Positions 20,362-33,300 of a DNA stretch of 49,790 nucleotides are shown piece by piece; the first letter of the stretch is position 1; every line of letters starts with the position of its first letter. The DNA is from Malassezia furfur (Eukaryota). Made by a program: the position numbers and the translations under genes. The notes beneath the pieces are model-generated. The model saw only the letters and a list, made by a program, of their open reading frames with translations, was not told where the DNA came from and did not search any database. The stretch is from the NCBI GenBank assembly GCA_052055015.1, contig JBQJIT010000030.1; one strand, 5' to 3'.

Positions 20362-23300
20362 ATGACTGATCCGGTCCTGGCTGCCCGCATTGATACCCTG
20401 AATGATGGTGCTGGAGATGAAGGATACTGTTCTTTTTTTGTGCGAGCTCTGTTTGACTATGAGCCGGAAGGTTCCAACATGTTAAAGTTTCGTGCGGGGA
20501 ACATCATTGAGGTACTGAGCCAATTGGAGAACGGCTGGTGGGATGGGTTATTGGATGAGAGCACTCGTGGGTGGTTTCCCTCGAACTACGTTGAGCTTAT
20601 CTCCGATGAGCAAGCCGAACGGGCGTTGCAAAGTGCACCGCGCGTCGAAAGTCCAGTGCCAGGGAAAGCATCTGTCCAGAGCACCACCCCGCATCTGAGA
20701 CCGCTGGCACAGTCGATCTCTGACCGGTTAAACATGCTATTGGAACTTATATCCTATGAGCATTCAGTGACACCAAACAATGTCGGAAACCATGCATTGG
20801 CAGATTATTTCCTCCAGATGACCAAATTGGTGGTCGATGATGTTCGCCGTTTCTTATCCAGCAATGATATGCTCCAAATCATTGAGTTTGATCCCTCTTC
20901 CCCGAAAAATACCAGAGATAGCTCTCTGGTTCTACTGCATTTGCAAGCGCAGAAATTACCTTCATTACTTTCTATGCTTGTCGTCCAGATGCGCGAACTC
21001 ACGAAGCTTGTTCATTGCCACGTTAATCAGGGGGATCAAAGCGAGTACATCCGACAAGCCTACCGTACGGAAGAACAAGAAGCAAGAAAAAATGCTCTGC
21101 AACTAATGGACACTGTCCAAATCCTAGAAGCGGGTATCAATAAGAATTTTTCCCACTGGCGCAATTCCAATGGGTCCTCTACCACACTTGCAAGGCAGTC
21201 AGCTCCTTTGGTAAAGGGCTCTGGACTAGTATCAAAAAAACCAGAACAACTCACGTTAACGTTAACCCCAGAGGTGCACGCTTTTTTGGCAGAAGATGTG
21301 ATGCCAAGGCCTCAAAGCGCGCTTCGATCCTTGCCGGGAACTGACCTAGATTCCTGCATCAGGTCAAAGTACCACGACTTTCACCGGGTTTTAAAGGTTC
21401 TTCATGCAACGCTTCGTTCCGGTGATAAGCAAGTTTCCAGTCCAGCATTTTGGTTACCAGCGGTGCGGGATGTGTTGGAGCAAACTGGGTCTATGTTGAT
21501 CCTTTTTGATACAATAGAGGTTGCAGCACCATTGGACTGCATGCGGTATTCTGACCCAGATGACAGGTTCCCTAATGGATTGAATGTCTCTGAGAACAAT
21601 GACTACCGGCAGTACATGTCTGCAAAAGAACGGCTCTCGAGTTCAACCAAGGACTTATTCCGCACAGTCAAGCGTGCGCTGGACTTGAACGGAACAGACC
21701 GCTATGAAATGCTAGACGAAGTCGCACAAAAGACTCGCGTACTGCAGTCTGATGCTGAGGACGTGCTGCAAGCAATTCGACGTTGTCTACTTCATGTTCA
21801 CAACAGACCCAATATTTTGGACGCCAAATCGGAAAGCTCAATCACTTCTTCTATGGCTCGGATGAGGTTCTCAAATCCCATTTCATTGAACCAAAGCAGT
21901 ACAGATGCAGATCCTTCGACACGAAAGGACACGACAGAAGATGGTTCCATACGGCAAAGCGTGTTCGAAACTTCTTCAATTGCGTCTTCTCAAGTAATTT
22001 ACGCAAACGATCTGGTCTTTACGCAAAATGGCAACATTAAGGGTGGCACTCTGGATGCCCTTGTCATTGCATTAACCGACCAACAAATGACTGATGAAAA
22101 ATTTTGCGCTGCATTCCTAGCAACGTATCTGTCGTTCACAACGTCAGAACATCTCTTGGAACTCTTAATCGAGCGCTATCGCCTTCATCAACCTTCCGTC
22201 TTGGATGCTCCTGCACCAACTGATGCAGACCCTACCCTGAATGAGCTGATACAATCTCGCGTGCTCATTGTTCTGCGCACCTGGCTTGACGCCTATTTCG
22301 ATCCTTCTGAAAGAAATTGCCTCAACGCCTTGGATCAATTTGTAAGAACCGAAGTGACACGGGCGGCTTTCAGAAATGAACGCCAACAGCTTCTTCGGCT
22401 TATTGGGCGTCAAAGTTTAGGCTTTGAAAAGCCTGTGCCGGCATTTCAACTTATGGGCGCTGTTCCTGTTCCGATTTTACCCTCGAACTTGAAAGAGGCA
22501 CAGTTTATGGATATACACGCCCTGGAATTGGCACGACAATTGACTCTAATGGAAAGTGAGCTGTTTATGAAAATCAAGACCACGGAATGTATTAAGAAAG
22601 GATGGACAAATTCATCCCAGCACAAATATCGCGGTATTCTTAACACAGTCGACCTTCATAACAAGGTATGGGACGAGATGTTAACCTCAGATTACGTGCT
22701 GGGTCGAAGAAACGTTACTCGCGGAGGACAACAATCGACAACGTTCCCTAAAGATGGAGCGTTTTATAATAACTGCTGATGTACGTTGTCTAACACTCAC
22801 TCAGCATTGTCGCATGCTTAACAATTATTCCTCAATGTGGGCAATTGCTGTTGCACTAAACAGTGCCGCGATATTCCGATTGCGCAAAACTTGGGATATG
22901 CTAGAGAAACCTACGCGGATGTTGTTCGAAAAGATTGACACAATCGCGCAAGCCTCAAGGAATTTTGCGGTGTATCGCGACCTGATTCGCACGGCCGACC
23001 CACCTTGTGTACCCTTCTGCGGACTTTACACCCGTGATCTCACCTTCATTGAGGATGGCAATCCGGATCACATCGGGTCCGACAGGCGAGTTATTAACTT
23101 TGCCAAATCACAGCGCGTTGCCGACATTATTTTTGAGATCAAGGCATTCCAGAGTGTGTCGTAAGTGTTTTTGCACGGGACACTAACTTCAGCTACAATA
23201 TCATGCATGTACCTGCCATTGAGAGCTACTTGAAGAAGAATTTGGTCTATCGTGGCGACGACCAATCTCGATATGAGCGCAGCTTGGAGATTGAACCTCG

Positions 23301-23386
23301 TGAACAGTATGTCCTTTGTTTAACCCAGACCAATAAGCCCTGAGAAGAACCTCTCCAAAATGCTTAGGGACAACGGCTTCCTGTAA
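20362..23386 (+). CDS. Cdc25-like Ras guanine-nucleotide exchange factor (SH3 + REM + RasGEF); introns 22666-22690, 22781-22804, 23161-23192, 23307-23328
   Basis: SH3 (VRALFDY...GWWDG...RGWFPSNYV), REM (IKGGTLDALV...FLATYLSFTT) and GEF (LELARQLTL, NNYSS, PCVPFCG...DLTFIEDGNPD, INFAK, SLEIEPRE). Spliced C-terminus KMLRDNGFL*. Confidence 0.9.
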
Positions 23387-23413
23387 AATATAGGTGTTAA
23401 AAAATTAATTTCC

Positions 23414-23420
23414 AAAAAAA
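23414..23420 (-). terminator. RNA polymerase III terminator (T7) of tRNA-Asp
   Basis: A run of 7 T on the minus strand starts 2 nt after the discriminator base. Confidence 0.8.
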
Positions 23421-23421
23421 G

Positions 23422-23506
23422 CTTCCGCGCCGGGAATTGAACCCGGGTCTGGTCCGAGCCGTGTCGAAATGACAAGGACCCGTCATAGCCACTAAACTAC
23501 GCAGAA
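23422..23506 (-). tRNA. tRNA-Asp(GTC) with a 13-nt intron (23457-23469) at the canonical 37/38 position
   Basis: Minus strand: TTCTGCG acceptor pairs with CGCGGAA followed by discriminator G; TAGTTTAGTGG A-box; anticodon stem GGTCC/GGACC with loop TT-GTC-A; GGGTTCAATTCCC B-box. The intron contains GACA, complementary to the anticodon. Spliced length is 72 nt. Confidence 0.92.
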
Positions 23507-23596
23507 CTTGTTGGCATAAAGGCTATTGACATATATAAAGGTGTGACAAATGGATTATGCTCCTCTTTGTGTAGTATCATCAAGAGTTCTGTTTGT

Positions 23597-25122
23597 TCAT
23601 AGCGCGTTATAGTACAACCATCCTACATCAGTAAGCGCTTGGATACGCCGCGAGAGGTTTATCAGGTTATCCATAGCCACATAGTTTCCAGCATGGATTT
23701 CCTCTGAGGGAGCTGGCTTTAACAGTATTGTTGCAGTCTCCGCTGCCTCGATGGCATCGTCCAGTGTACGTTTGAAGTCGGACAGTTCTCCCAGCAAAAC
23801 AGCCCAGGTGTTCTGCTCCACACCAATATGCTTTCTTGTCAAGGCTTGGAGAAAGTAGCATTTGAGCCAGACAACTCGATACCATTTGTTCAAGCTCTGC
23901 CACCAACGCGTGTGAACCGCGCTGTCGGACAATCTGTGATTTTGTAAAACAGTTTTGTCAGGTATGCGAAGATCGCACCATTCAGAGAGCGAGTTAAACG
24001 ATGTATTTTGATGTATATCGATAGCGTCCGAGTTGACTGAGCTCTTCGACAACATTGAATATACGTGCTGGTAAACAATGTTGAGAAAGAGCCATGTATC
24101 CTGTAGTTTTGTCTTGGTGAGATGGTATTCGTACCTCGCAAAACACCTCCAGCGAGGTTTGGTCCAGAACACGTAGGTATTTGTGCGTCATTTTCTCGAA
24201 TTGGGCCTTATTCGCAGCATTTGGTGCGGTATGTTCGCCAAGCTGGATGAGACATTCACATACCAGGAGAAACAAACCGACCGAGGTGTTAGCATGTTTG
24301 GCCATTTCGTCAAAAGCCTCTTGGTCATAACGATTCGACGCCATCTTTTCCAATCGAAATGCGAAGATGAGTTTGAACATCGTGTTCCAGTCTTCCTCGG
24401 ATTTCAGTTGGCTAAAGAGCGCCTTTTGCATGGATGTTTCGTGACACATACAGGTCAGGGCCGATAATGTGCGCCAAGCCCCTTCGGAGATACTGCAGGT
24501 AGTTTCATCATGATCCTCTTCTGGAGCGTGGATTGTGGCGTGCGTTCGTGCGCCTGGCTGCATCCAGAACTCGACGCCCGATGCTGGCCATGGTTGCTCC
24601 ACATCCAGCTCCCCACTTGGCTGGAAGGCGAGCAAATCCCAGATCGTGGAGAATCTGGCTGGTATAGCATCGGCCCACATTTGCAATGGCGTGTTGGTAA
24701 ACGTATCATGCAAAGTGTACGCGTGGCGCCAATGTTCAATCTGCGAGCGCTGATCTTCTTGGAATGTGGGGAAATTTTGTGCGAACCGCGTTAGTAGGAT
24801 TGATGCTCGGCAGACCGCCGTGGATGATGGCTGTAAGAACGACTTTTTGCGCATGCGTCGCGATGGCGATGCAATCTGTAATAGGGACCGCTCTGCACCC
24901 ACGTTACTTTGGTCATGTGTCGGCACCGAGCACAAGCTGAGGCACAAAAGCTTCCGCATCAAAGCCCTGCATCAGCTCAAACACCTACGAGTTCGGTGGA
25001 TTAAACTCCGTGTATACGGTATCGATGAGCTCCAACGCCGCATCATCTCTCATCAGTTCAGAGCACGTACATTGTTCTTCGTCCAAATAGTCGTCCACCA
25101 GCTGCGCCAAGGCTTGGGCCAT
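23597..25122 (-). CDS. Uncharacterised multi-exon protein; introns 24967-24988 and 24113-24134 (22 nt each), possibly 25047-25070 (24 nt)
   Basis: Two canonical 22-nt introns join the ATG 25122 exon to ORFs 23994..24962 and 23597..24172 in frame. Helical, Leu/Trp-rich composition. No family recognised and the 3' end is uncertain. Confidence 0.6.
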
Positions 25123-25194
25123 GGCGGTTTGGCGTTGGCACGTGCATATGCGCGGAGCCCGATTTAGACGCAGGTTGCATCCGTTGTCACCAGT

Positions 25195-26835
25195 ATGACG
25201 GCCATCACCTACGAGGCGCCATGTAGGTGAAATTTGTGTTGGCGTGCTAACCTTTAGGGCCAGTGTATGCCTTGGCGTGGTCTACGGGTGTGTCATCATC
25301 GCGCAAGTCGTTAGAGTAAGTCCTGCCTTGCTTATCGCAGTGATTATGACGAGAAACTGAACCGATCGCTGCCGCCCTCCGCGCGGCTGGCTGTTGGGAG
25401 TTTTGTTGAGGAGTATACCAACCGCATCCAAGTTCTCGGCACAGAAATGGACGCGCAGGGGTATGTGGTCTGCTCATCCAGGGAAAACCATGTTACGGTA
25501 CTCGCCGATGCCTTGCATCCCTATCCTGCGACGAAGCTAGGCTTTCAGCCTTCGTCTCTGACCCGGGACGATCCATTGTCCAACCTCTCTGCTTCTGAAA
25601 AGAGCTGGTTTGGTACCAATGCAAATCCAAATATGAGCGTCAGCAGCGCAAGCAGCGCGAGCAGTATCGACAGTCATTCCGGCGCGGAGATGAGCGATTA
25701 TTCGCAGGATGTTTTGGACGAGTATCCTGATACGGAGCTTTTGGCCAGCTCTGCAGATTGTCTGCACATATGGGAGATCCAGCGCTCGGACAACATCGAC
25801 GATTTGTATGAGGGGTACGAGGCCATGTCGTTGCACTACGTTTCTAATAAGCGACGCGAACCCAAGACACGATTCACTCTGAAAGAGAAATGTGCATTGG
25901 CCCACGCCAAGAGCACCAATTCCCCCCCTGCACCACTTACGTCTTTTTCCTGGAACGTTCCTTCTCCCAATTTGATTGTCACTTCGTCGATCGACACAAC
26001 ATGCACGATTTGGGACCTGCCTACGCGGACGGCCCTGACCCAGCTCATTGCGCATGATCGTGAGGTATACGACGTCGACTGGTGCCCTGGCAGCGCTGAT
26101 GTATTTGCGTCGGTCGGTGCAGACGGGAGCGTGCGTGTATTCGATCTACGCAATCTGGAACACAGCACCATTATTTACGAGACCAACCCACAACAGACCC
26201 CGCCCAACAGCCGCAACGCAGAAAGTGCCGCGTACAACTCGGGCGGTGCGCTACCACTGTTGCGCATTGCGTTTAATCCTTGGGACGCCAACTACCTCGC
26301 GACGTTCCATTTGGAGTCAGAGACTGTCCAGATTCTCGATGTGCGTGCGCCCGGAAGCCCGATTTTGGAGCTGCGTGGGCACAGCGGGCCAGTGAACAGC
26401 GTTGCCTGGGGTCCTCCTAGTCAGGCGGTCGGGCGGAATGGGCCCAGCAAAGGGATGATTTGTACAGGTGGAGACGATGCGCAGTGTTTGGTGTACGATA
26501 TGGCGAGTTCTACGTTGAGGTCTGCCTCTGCGCAAGGACGCCGCTCGCGCAACAGCACGGACAGTCGCAAGAGTCCTGCACACGGTAGCGACGCGTTCCG
26601 CATTGGTCCCGAGATCCCTGTGCTTGCGTACACGGCACCCTCGATGGTGAACAACGTTGCTTGGCTGCGCAGTCCTTTGTCGCTGCGGCGGCCATCACAT
26701 GCCAAGCACCACAGTTTCTATCGGAACCTGCTGCACGAATGGACGGACTATACCTCGGCGTCGGGCCAAGGTACAGGGAATGCCGACTGGCTCGCGCTCT
26801 GTGCCGGCCAGGCAGTCAAGATGTTGCGTGTATAG
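25195..26835 (+). CDS. WD40 protein of the DCAF7/WDR68/An11 (YPL247C) family; introns 25223-25257 (35 nt), 25316-25340 (25 nt)
   Basis: Spliced N-terminus YEAPWPVYALAWS...RLAVGSFVEEYTNRIQVL, plus HPYPATK, PAPLTSFSWN, SSIDTTCTIWD, TQLIAHDREVYD and SVGADGSVRVFDLRNLEHSTIIYE. Confidence 0.92.
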
Positions 26836-26861
26836 TGATTGGGTCCACAGATCGGGGATAT

Positions 26862-26875
26862 AAAAAAAAAAAAAA
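26862..26875. repeat. Poly(dA:dT) tract (A14) preceded by GATAT, upstream of MCM5
   Basis: Directly visible homopolymer in an 81-nt intergenic space. A promoter or 3'-end role is inferred. Confidence 0.7.
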
Positions 26876-26916
26876 CCGCATATCGCGTTAGATGGGCGCG
26901 ACCGATCGGAACGACC

Positions 26917-29157
26917 ATGTCGGGCTTTGACCTGGGGCGTGTCTTCTCGACGCAAGTCTCTGCAGGCTCCGAGGTAGCTCAAGCTCCTGATGCGCCTGTT
27001 CAGAATGAGACGGCGCTGTTTGAATTTGTACAGCATTTCCGACTGGGCAATGAATACATCTACCGCGACCGGCTGCGCTCCAACCTACTCGTGAAGCAAT
27101 ACGTGCTCGAGGTGCTCCTCGAGCATGTTCAGATGTGGAGCCCAACGTTGGCACAGGCGCTGCGCGAGACACCCGCAGAGATCCTGCCGTTGGTATGTGA
27201 CGTCGCTAATGCAGTTTGAAGCCGCTGTGCGCCGGGCCGCGCGGCTCATTTTGTACCCTGTCGTGGCGGGTGCCGAACGCCCCGAGGCGCCGCTATGCCA
27301 GGTGCTGCTGCGCTCGACGGCGAATCTGATGGCAATGCGTGACTTGCATGCGGACAACATCTCGCATCTTGTGCGCGTACCCGGCATTGTAATCAGCGCG
27401 TCGATCCCCGCATCGCGTGTGACCAAGTTGCAGCTCATGTGTCGCGACTGCCATGCAGTGCGCTCGCAGGAGGTCACGTCTGGGTTCGGAGGGTTTGCGC
27501 TGCCTCGGCAGTGTGACGCGCCCAAGGTCGACTCGAGCATCAAGTGCAGTCTGGACCCATACGTGATTCTGCACGAGCGGTGCGAGTTTGTGGATGCGCA
27601 GACGCTCAAGCTGCAAGAGGCACCTGATATGGTGCCAGTTGGTGAGCTACCGCGGCACATGCTCCTCTCGGCGGACCGTGCACTAGTGGGACGCGTGGTA
27701 CCTGGCGCGCATATCATCGCGACGGGCATCTTCTCGACCTACACCGTGCAGCGGTCTAGCACGCAGCCGAATGCGGTTGCGCTGCGCACGCCTTACCTGC
27801 GTGTGTTGAGTGTCGAGGTGGATATGGGCGGTGCGGGGGGTCGCGGTGCGCCGCGCCTGTTTACGGCGGAGGAAGAGGACGAGTTTGGACGGATGGCCAA
27901 GATGCCCGACCTGTACAGCAAGTTTGCCGCGAGCATTGCGCCGAGTATCTATGGCAGCACAGACATAAAAAAGGCGGTGACCTGTCTGCTGTTTGGTGGC
28001 TCGAAAAAGGTGCTTCCGGACGGGATGCGCCTGCGTGGCGACATTAATGTGCTGCTGCTTGGTGACCCCGGTACGGCCAAGAGTCAGCTGCTCAAGTTTG
28101 CGGAGAAAGTGTCGCCGATCGCCGTGTATACCTCTGGAAAAGGCAGTAGTGCTGCTGGTTTGACCGCCTCGGTGCAGCGCGACGCCAACACGGGCGAATT
28201 CTTCCTGGAGGCCGGCGCAATGGTACTAGCTGACGGCGGGATTGTGTGCATCGATGAGTTCGACAAGATGCGTGACGAGGACCGCGTGGCCATCCACGAG
28301 GCGATGGAGCAGCAGACTATCTCGATCGCGAAAGCGGGCATCACCACCGTGCTCAACTGCCGTACGTCAGTGCTGGCGGCAGCAAACCCTGTGTGGGGTC
28401 GGTACGACGACATGAAATCGCCGGGCGAGAACATCGACTTCCAGACGACCATTTTGAGCCGATTCGACATGATCTTCATCGTGAAGGACGAGCACGACGA
28501 GTCGCGCGACCGGACGATTGCGCGACATGTCATTGGCATCCACATGAACGGCGCCGGCGCCGATGAGGACCAGGATGCTGAGGGCGAAATCGACTTGGAC
28601 CGGATGAAACGCTACATTGCCTACTGCAAGGCGCGGTGTGCGCCGCGGCTTACGCCCGAGGCGGCCGACAAGCTGTCGAGCCACTTTGTTGCGATCCGTA
28701 AGCACGTCGCGCAGGTCGAGCGCGAGCAGGACGAGCGGTCGACCATCGCGATCACTGTGCGTCAGCTGGAGGCGATCATCCGCATCAGCGAGGCGGTGGC
28801 CAAGGTGACGCTGAGCCCCGTCGCGACCGAGGAGCACGTCGACGAGGCGATCCGCCTGTTCCGCTTCAGTACGCTGAATGCGGTGGAGAGCGGCAACATT
28901 GAGGGGATGACGCGCGGTGAGCTGCAGGAAGAGGTGCAGCGATTGGAGCGCGAGATTATGCGGCGCCTGCCGCTCGGGTGGACGACGTCGTACGCGCGCT
29001 TGCGCAACGAGTTTGTGGACAAGCAGCGCTACTCCTTCGTACGTATATTCTCGCTGACCAGCAGCACGCGTTTGAGCGCACGCTGTACATCCTCGAGAAG
29101 CGCGACGCGATCCGCTTCTCGAACCAGCACAAGAGTGTCACGCGGATGGGTGTTTGA
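26917..29157 (+). CDS. MCM5: Replicative helicase subunit Mcm5; introns 27193-27214 (22 nt), 29039-29061 (23 nt)
   Basis: MSGFD start, [45 protein letters not shown] and [11 protein letters not shown] motifs. Confidence 0.95.
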
Positions 29158-29198
29158 GGGAGCATTGTACCATAGAAGGATCGCTACGGCTATGTCTA

Positions 29199-30029
29199 TT
29201 ACGACCGGACCTCGGGGTCGTCGCTCGCGACGTTGAGCAGCAGGCTCTGCGCATCGAGCACGATGCGGTTGTCCGACTGCGACAGGGTCGCGGCAATATC
29301 CCGCGCGGCTTCGAGCTTCTTGAGCTTGAGGAAGCCCTTGTTCTTGCGCACGGCCTCACCGATGAGCTCGGCGGCACGCGCCTCACCGGCGGACTTGACG
29401 ATGATCGCCTGCTTCTCCTGCAGAGCCTGGTCCACCTGGAACGCGGCACGCAGCGCCGCCTGCTGGGTGATCTGCTTGGCCTCCACTGCGTGGGTGAACT
29501 CGGGCGAGAAGGAGATGTGGGTCAGCGACACGTCGTCGAGAATGATGTTGAAGCGCCGCGCACGCAGCGTCAGGTTCTCGCGCACAAGACGCGACACCAT
29601 CTCACGCTGCGTGATCAGCTGCGACGCGTTGAACTGCGCCACGACCGACTTGAGCACCTCGTTCACAATGCTCGGCAGCACGCGTTCGTCGTAGTCCGTG
29701 CCCAGCTCCTGGTAGATTTCGGGCAGGTGCTGAATGCTCGGACGCGAGAGCACACGGCACGTCAGCGACACCATCTGCAAGTCTTTTGTGCCCGTCAGAC
29801 TCGCGATGCTGCGCGGCTTGGCACGCACGTCGTAGTCGATCGGCGTCTCGAACCAGGGGACGAGCAGGTGCGTGCCTTCGTTGTAGATCTTGTTCGTCAC
29901 ACCGTACACACGCGAGTACATGATGGCGCGGTGACCACCGTCCACGTTGAAGATGGACGCGTTGATGCCGATCGCAAGACCGGCGAGCGCGACGAGGCCG
30001 CCGACGCCCAGAGCGGGGTTCAGGTTCGG

Positions 30030-30060
<31 letters not shown>

Positions 30061-30161
30061 AAGCCGCCTTGGTTACCAGCCGCATTGCGCGCATTCGCCT
30101 GCATCTGCTGGAACATGCGCTGCATTTGTTTCATGACATTCTGAGGAGAGCGGTTGGACAT
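29199..30161 (-). CDS. PHB2: Prohibitin-2
   Basis: [61 protein letters not shown] motifs. Confidence 0.95.
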
Positions 30162-30300
30162 TGCGCCGACCGCCGCTGTCCCGTACGCAAGGCAGAAAGC
30201 GCCGCGGCGTCGTCAGCCACCGATCAGCCCGCGGCCGAGCGCGTGCGGGGCCTTGTAGGCTAATTTCCTAACATGGGGGCGATCGCGTCTACGTGCTTAC

Positions 30301-33300
30301 TTAATCGCGTTGCGCGCTCGCCGTGCGGAGCAGCTCGTCGAGCGCGGCTTCGAGCGAGACGATCTGCGAGATGAGCGCAGAGTAGTGCCGCGGCACCGAG
30401 CCCTGCCGACTCGTGAAGCTGTGTTGTGCGGCGGGGAAGGGCAGTGCAAACAGCCCCTGGCTAGCCGTCGCGACCTTCTCCGCGGGCGTCGGCTCGAGCA
30501 GCTTGGCGACCAGGTTCGGCACACGCTGCAGCTGCGCCTGCGCCGAGCCGATCGACGAGGTCGATGTCTGCCGTCGGTGCTCGCGCAGCTGTTTGGCGTT
30601 CAGCGGCGCGTCTTCATCCGCTGCCTTGTCATTCACCTTGGCCTCGATCACCAGCGCGTCCACAATGCCGTACAGTGCGTGGATGTTGTACGTCTCGCGC
30701 AACCGCCGCGTGCCGGTCGCCGCAGTCGAGTCCGAGACGACACGGTCGTTCGTCCAGCCCTTGGACAGGGCGTTGCGTGCGGCCGCGTTGCGCGGCGCCG
30801 CAGCGTCGCTCGCGGACACACTGCGAATCGACCCAGAGCGCTGCAGCGACGGCGGTGGCGCCAGCGCAGTCGTCTTGTTGGGGATATTCAGCCCGCGCGT
30901 CTGCTCGTACGCCGAAACAGGCAGCGCCTGTGGCGACGGAACTGCTTCGGTGCGCAGCCGCAGCGACGCCGCGGGGTCCGACAGGGGGCTCTGCATGATG
31001 CCGCGCAGCATGCGGTCGATATTGTCCGACACGTTGTTGTCACCCATCGACGGGAGCTGCTCGGCAAAGCGCTCGAGCAAGTCGCCCTGCGATGCCGCCG
31101 GTGCCGGCGGGACGTCCACAGCTGCGCGTGCCCCACGGCTTGGCGACGGCATCTCCCCAGGCCGCGTGATGTTTTCCAGCACCCCCCGCAGCCGGTTGCT
31201 CACGTCCTGCTCCGAGCCCTGCGAGAGCAGCGAGTAGCGCACACGCGGCGAGTCAAGCGTACGCGAGCTGCGCAGGCGCACGCCATCCTGCATCACGAGG
31301 TCGATGCCCTGTGCGTCGTTCTGCTCGACCGTCGGCCGCGGCGACGGCGCATAGTGCGGCGATGCGAGTGCGTTGGAGGCACGGGGCGTGTCGGGCGTCG
31401 GGCTGAACGTTGCGCCGCGCACGGGGAAGCGCACCTGGCGCAGGACAAACAGGGGATCACCCTCGTTCAGGTCCTCTTGGGCCCCGAGGTTCAGTGTCTG
31501 CTCCAGGCTGCGGCGCCGCACCTCGCTGAGGTCCACCTGCCGGAACGACGGGAGCGTGTCGTAGGCGGTGAGCACCTTGGCGGTGGGGTGCAGCGTCTGC
31601 TCGCCGGCATCAGTCACCGACGCGAGACCGTACTTGACACGCCCACGGCCCGTACGTGTCTCGACGTCGTCGCCGCCATCCACTACACCCTCGAGCACCT
31701 GGAAGGAGGCGAGGCTCGCCTCGATCACTTCGGCGACCGTCGTGTTGCGCGTAAAGCGGAGCAGCCGGATCTGCGGCTTTGCCGATGCAGGGAACGCGTG
31801 CTGTGGGTCCTGCGGCGTCGCAAGGCCCGTCTGCGGGTGGAACACGACGCCGTCGGGAAGGTCTGAGGGGAAGAGCGCGACCTGCAGCGTGAACCGCATC
31901 GTGCTGCTCGCGCCAAGCACCGAGTCGGACGCCCCAGAGGCCGCCGACATGCCGCTCCGCGCCGACAGATCCGCCGACACATCGGGCGCCGGCGACGCCA
32001 GCGGCGCAGCGCCCATACGCTGGAAGTAGGGACCCTTGCGCACAAGGTAGAACTTGCCGTAACGGTCGTCGCTGAAGTCGTACGTCACACGGCTCGCGTT
32101 GGTGTCCTGCAGCAACGAGGTTAGCGAGCCGACGCTGTCGCGCGACTGCGAGGGAGTGCCGTGCGGGCCTCGGTCCTCGTCCTGCAGTTCCGAGAGCGAC
32201 TCGAGGATCTGCAGCGGGCTCTCGTGCGGCCAGAGAGTATGTTCCTCGCCATCGAGGCGCCGCAGCACCATGGCATAGTCGGCCGGATCGTCGTCGATCA
32301 AGAACCGCTGCATCGCCTGCCGCACGAGGTCCGTCGCGGTCATCGTCTTGTTCAGCAGCACCGTCTTGAACGTCGCGTCGCTCTCGACATTTTCCCCGGC
32401 AAAGACGCGCACCACGTTGAACATGGGCACAGATCCGGGCATGCCGACCAGGCTGCCCGGGCGCGCTTTGCGCTCGTCCTGGGAACGCAGCGTCACACTG
32501 CCGTCCGCAGACGTCGGCATGTCGCTGTCTTGGCCAAGCGCACCTGTCGGGAACAGACCCACGAGCGGCGACTTGGTCGATGTGCCCCGCTCCGTGTCGG
32601 GTGTCGGTGGTGCGGGCGACGCGCGCGGCGCGGGCGATGCGCGCGTGGCTTCGTTGGCGGCCATCGCCGGGGAGGCGACGGCACCAGTCGTCAACGCGGC
32701 GTCCGCTGCGCGCCGTGCCTGCTCCGTGGCCATGCGGACCTCGTCGCGCGGCGCCTTGGCCTGCGCTTCGTCGGGCGCACTATCCTGCTCCTCTTCGCGC
32801 TCGTCGTAATCCTCCTCGTACCCCTCGTCGTACTCTTCGTCGTACTCGGCCTCGTACTCGTACCCCTCCTCATCGTCGGACGCCTCGTTGCCCGAGTGCT
32901 CCACGTACTCGGACTCGCCGAACAACACGGCGCGCTTCTCGCGGGGTGGCCGCCGCGTCATCGACCCGCTCTTATCGCGCGACGACAGCGCCGACTGTTT
33001 GCCCGAGAGCGCATTGATAGTGCCGCGCGCTCGCGCCTTGACGAGTACACCACTGTACATTTCGCGCGACTCTGTCTCATGGTCGTCGTCGGTTGCCGTC
33101 GTAATCTGTACGTTGCGGTGCTTGTTTAACCGCGCAAGGCGCTCATAGGGCGTCTCGATGTTTTCCGCGGGGATGTAGCCGACCTCTTGCGAGGCCATCA
33201 CACGCACGAGCCACCAGTAGCTGTTGCTGTCATCGAGAAGCACGAGGTTGTCGCCCTTTTGCACGGTGGCCTGCCCGTCGACGGTCGCGACAAACGTGTG

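Noticed and set aside
23569..23578. GTGTAGTATC, identical to the U2 snRNA branch-point recognition sequence
   Set aside because: The flanking U2 elements (GCCTTTTGGC stem I, GATCAA, TGTTC) are absent. Chance 10-mer.
19400..25300. Low-GC block as a horizontally acquired island or transposon
   Set aside because: It contains eukaryote-specific genes with the same micro-introns, has gradual boundaries, and shows no transposase, LTR or TIR.
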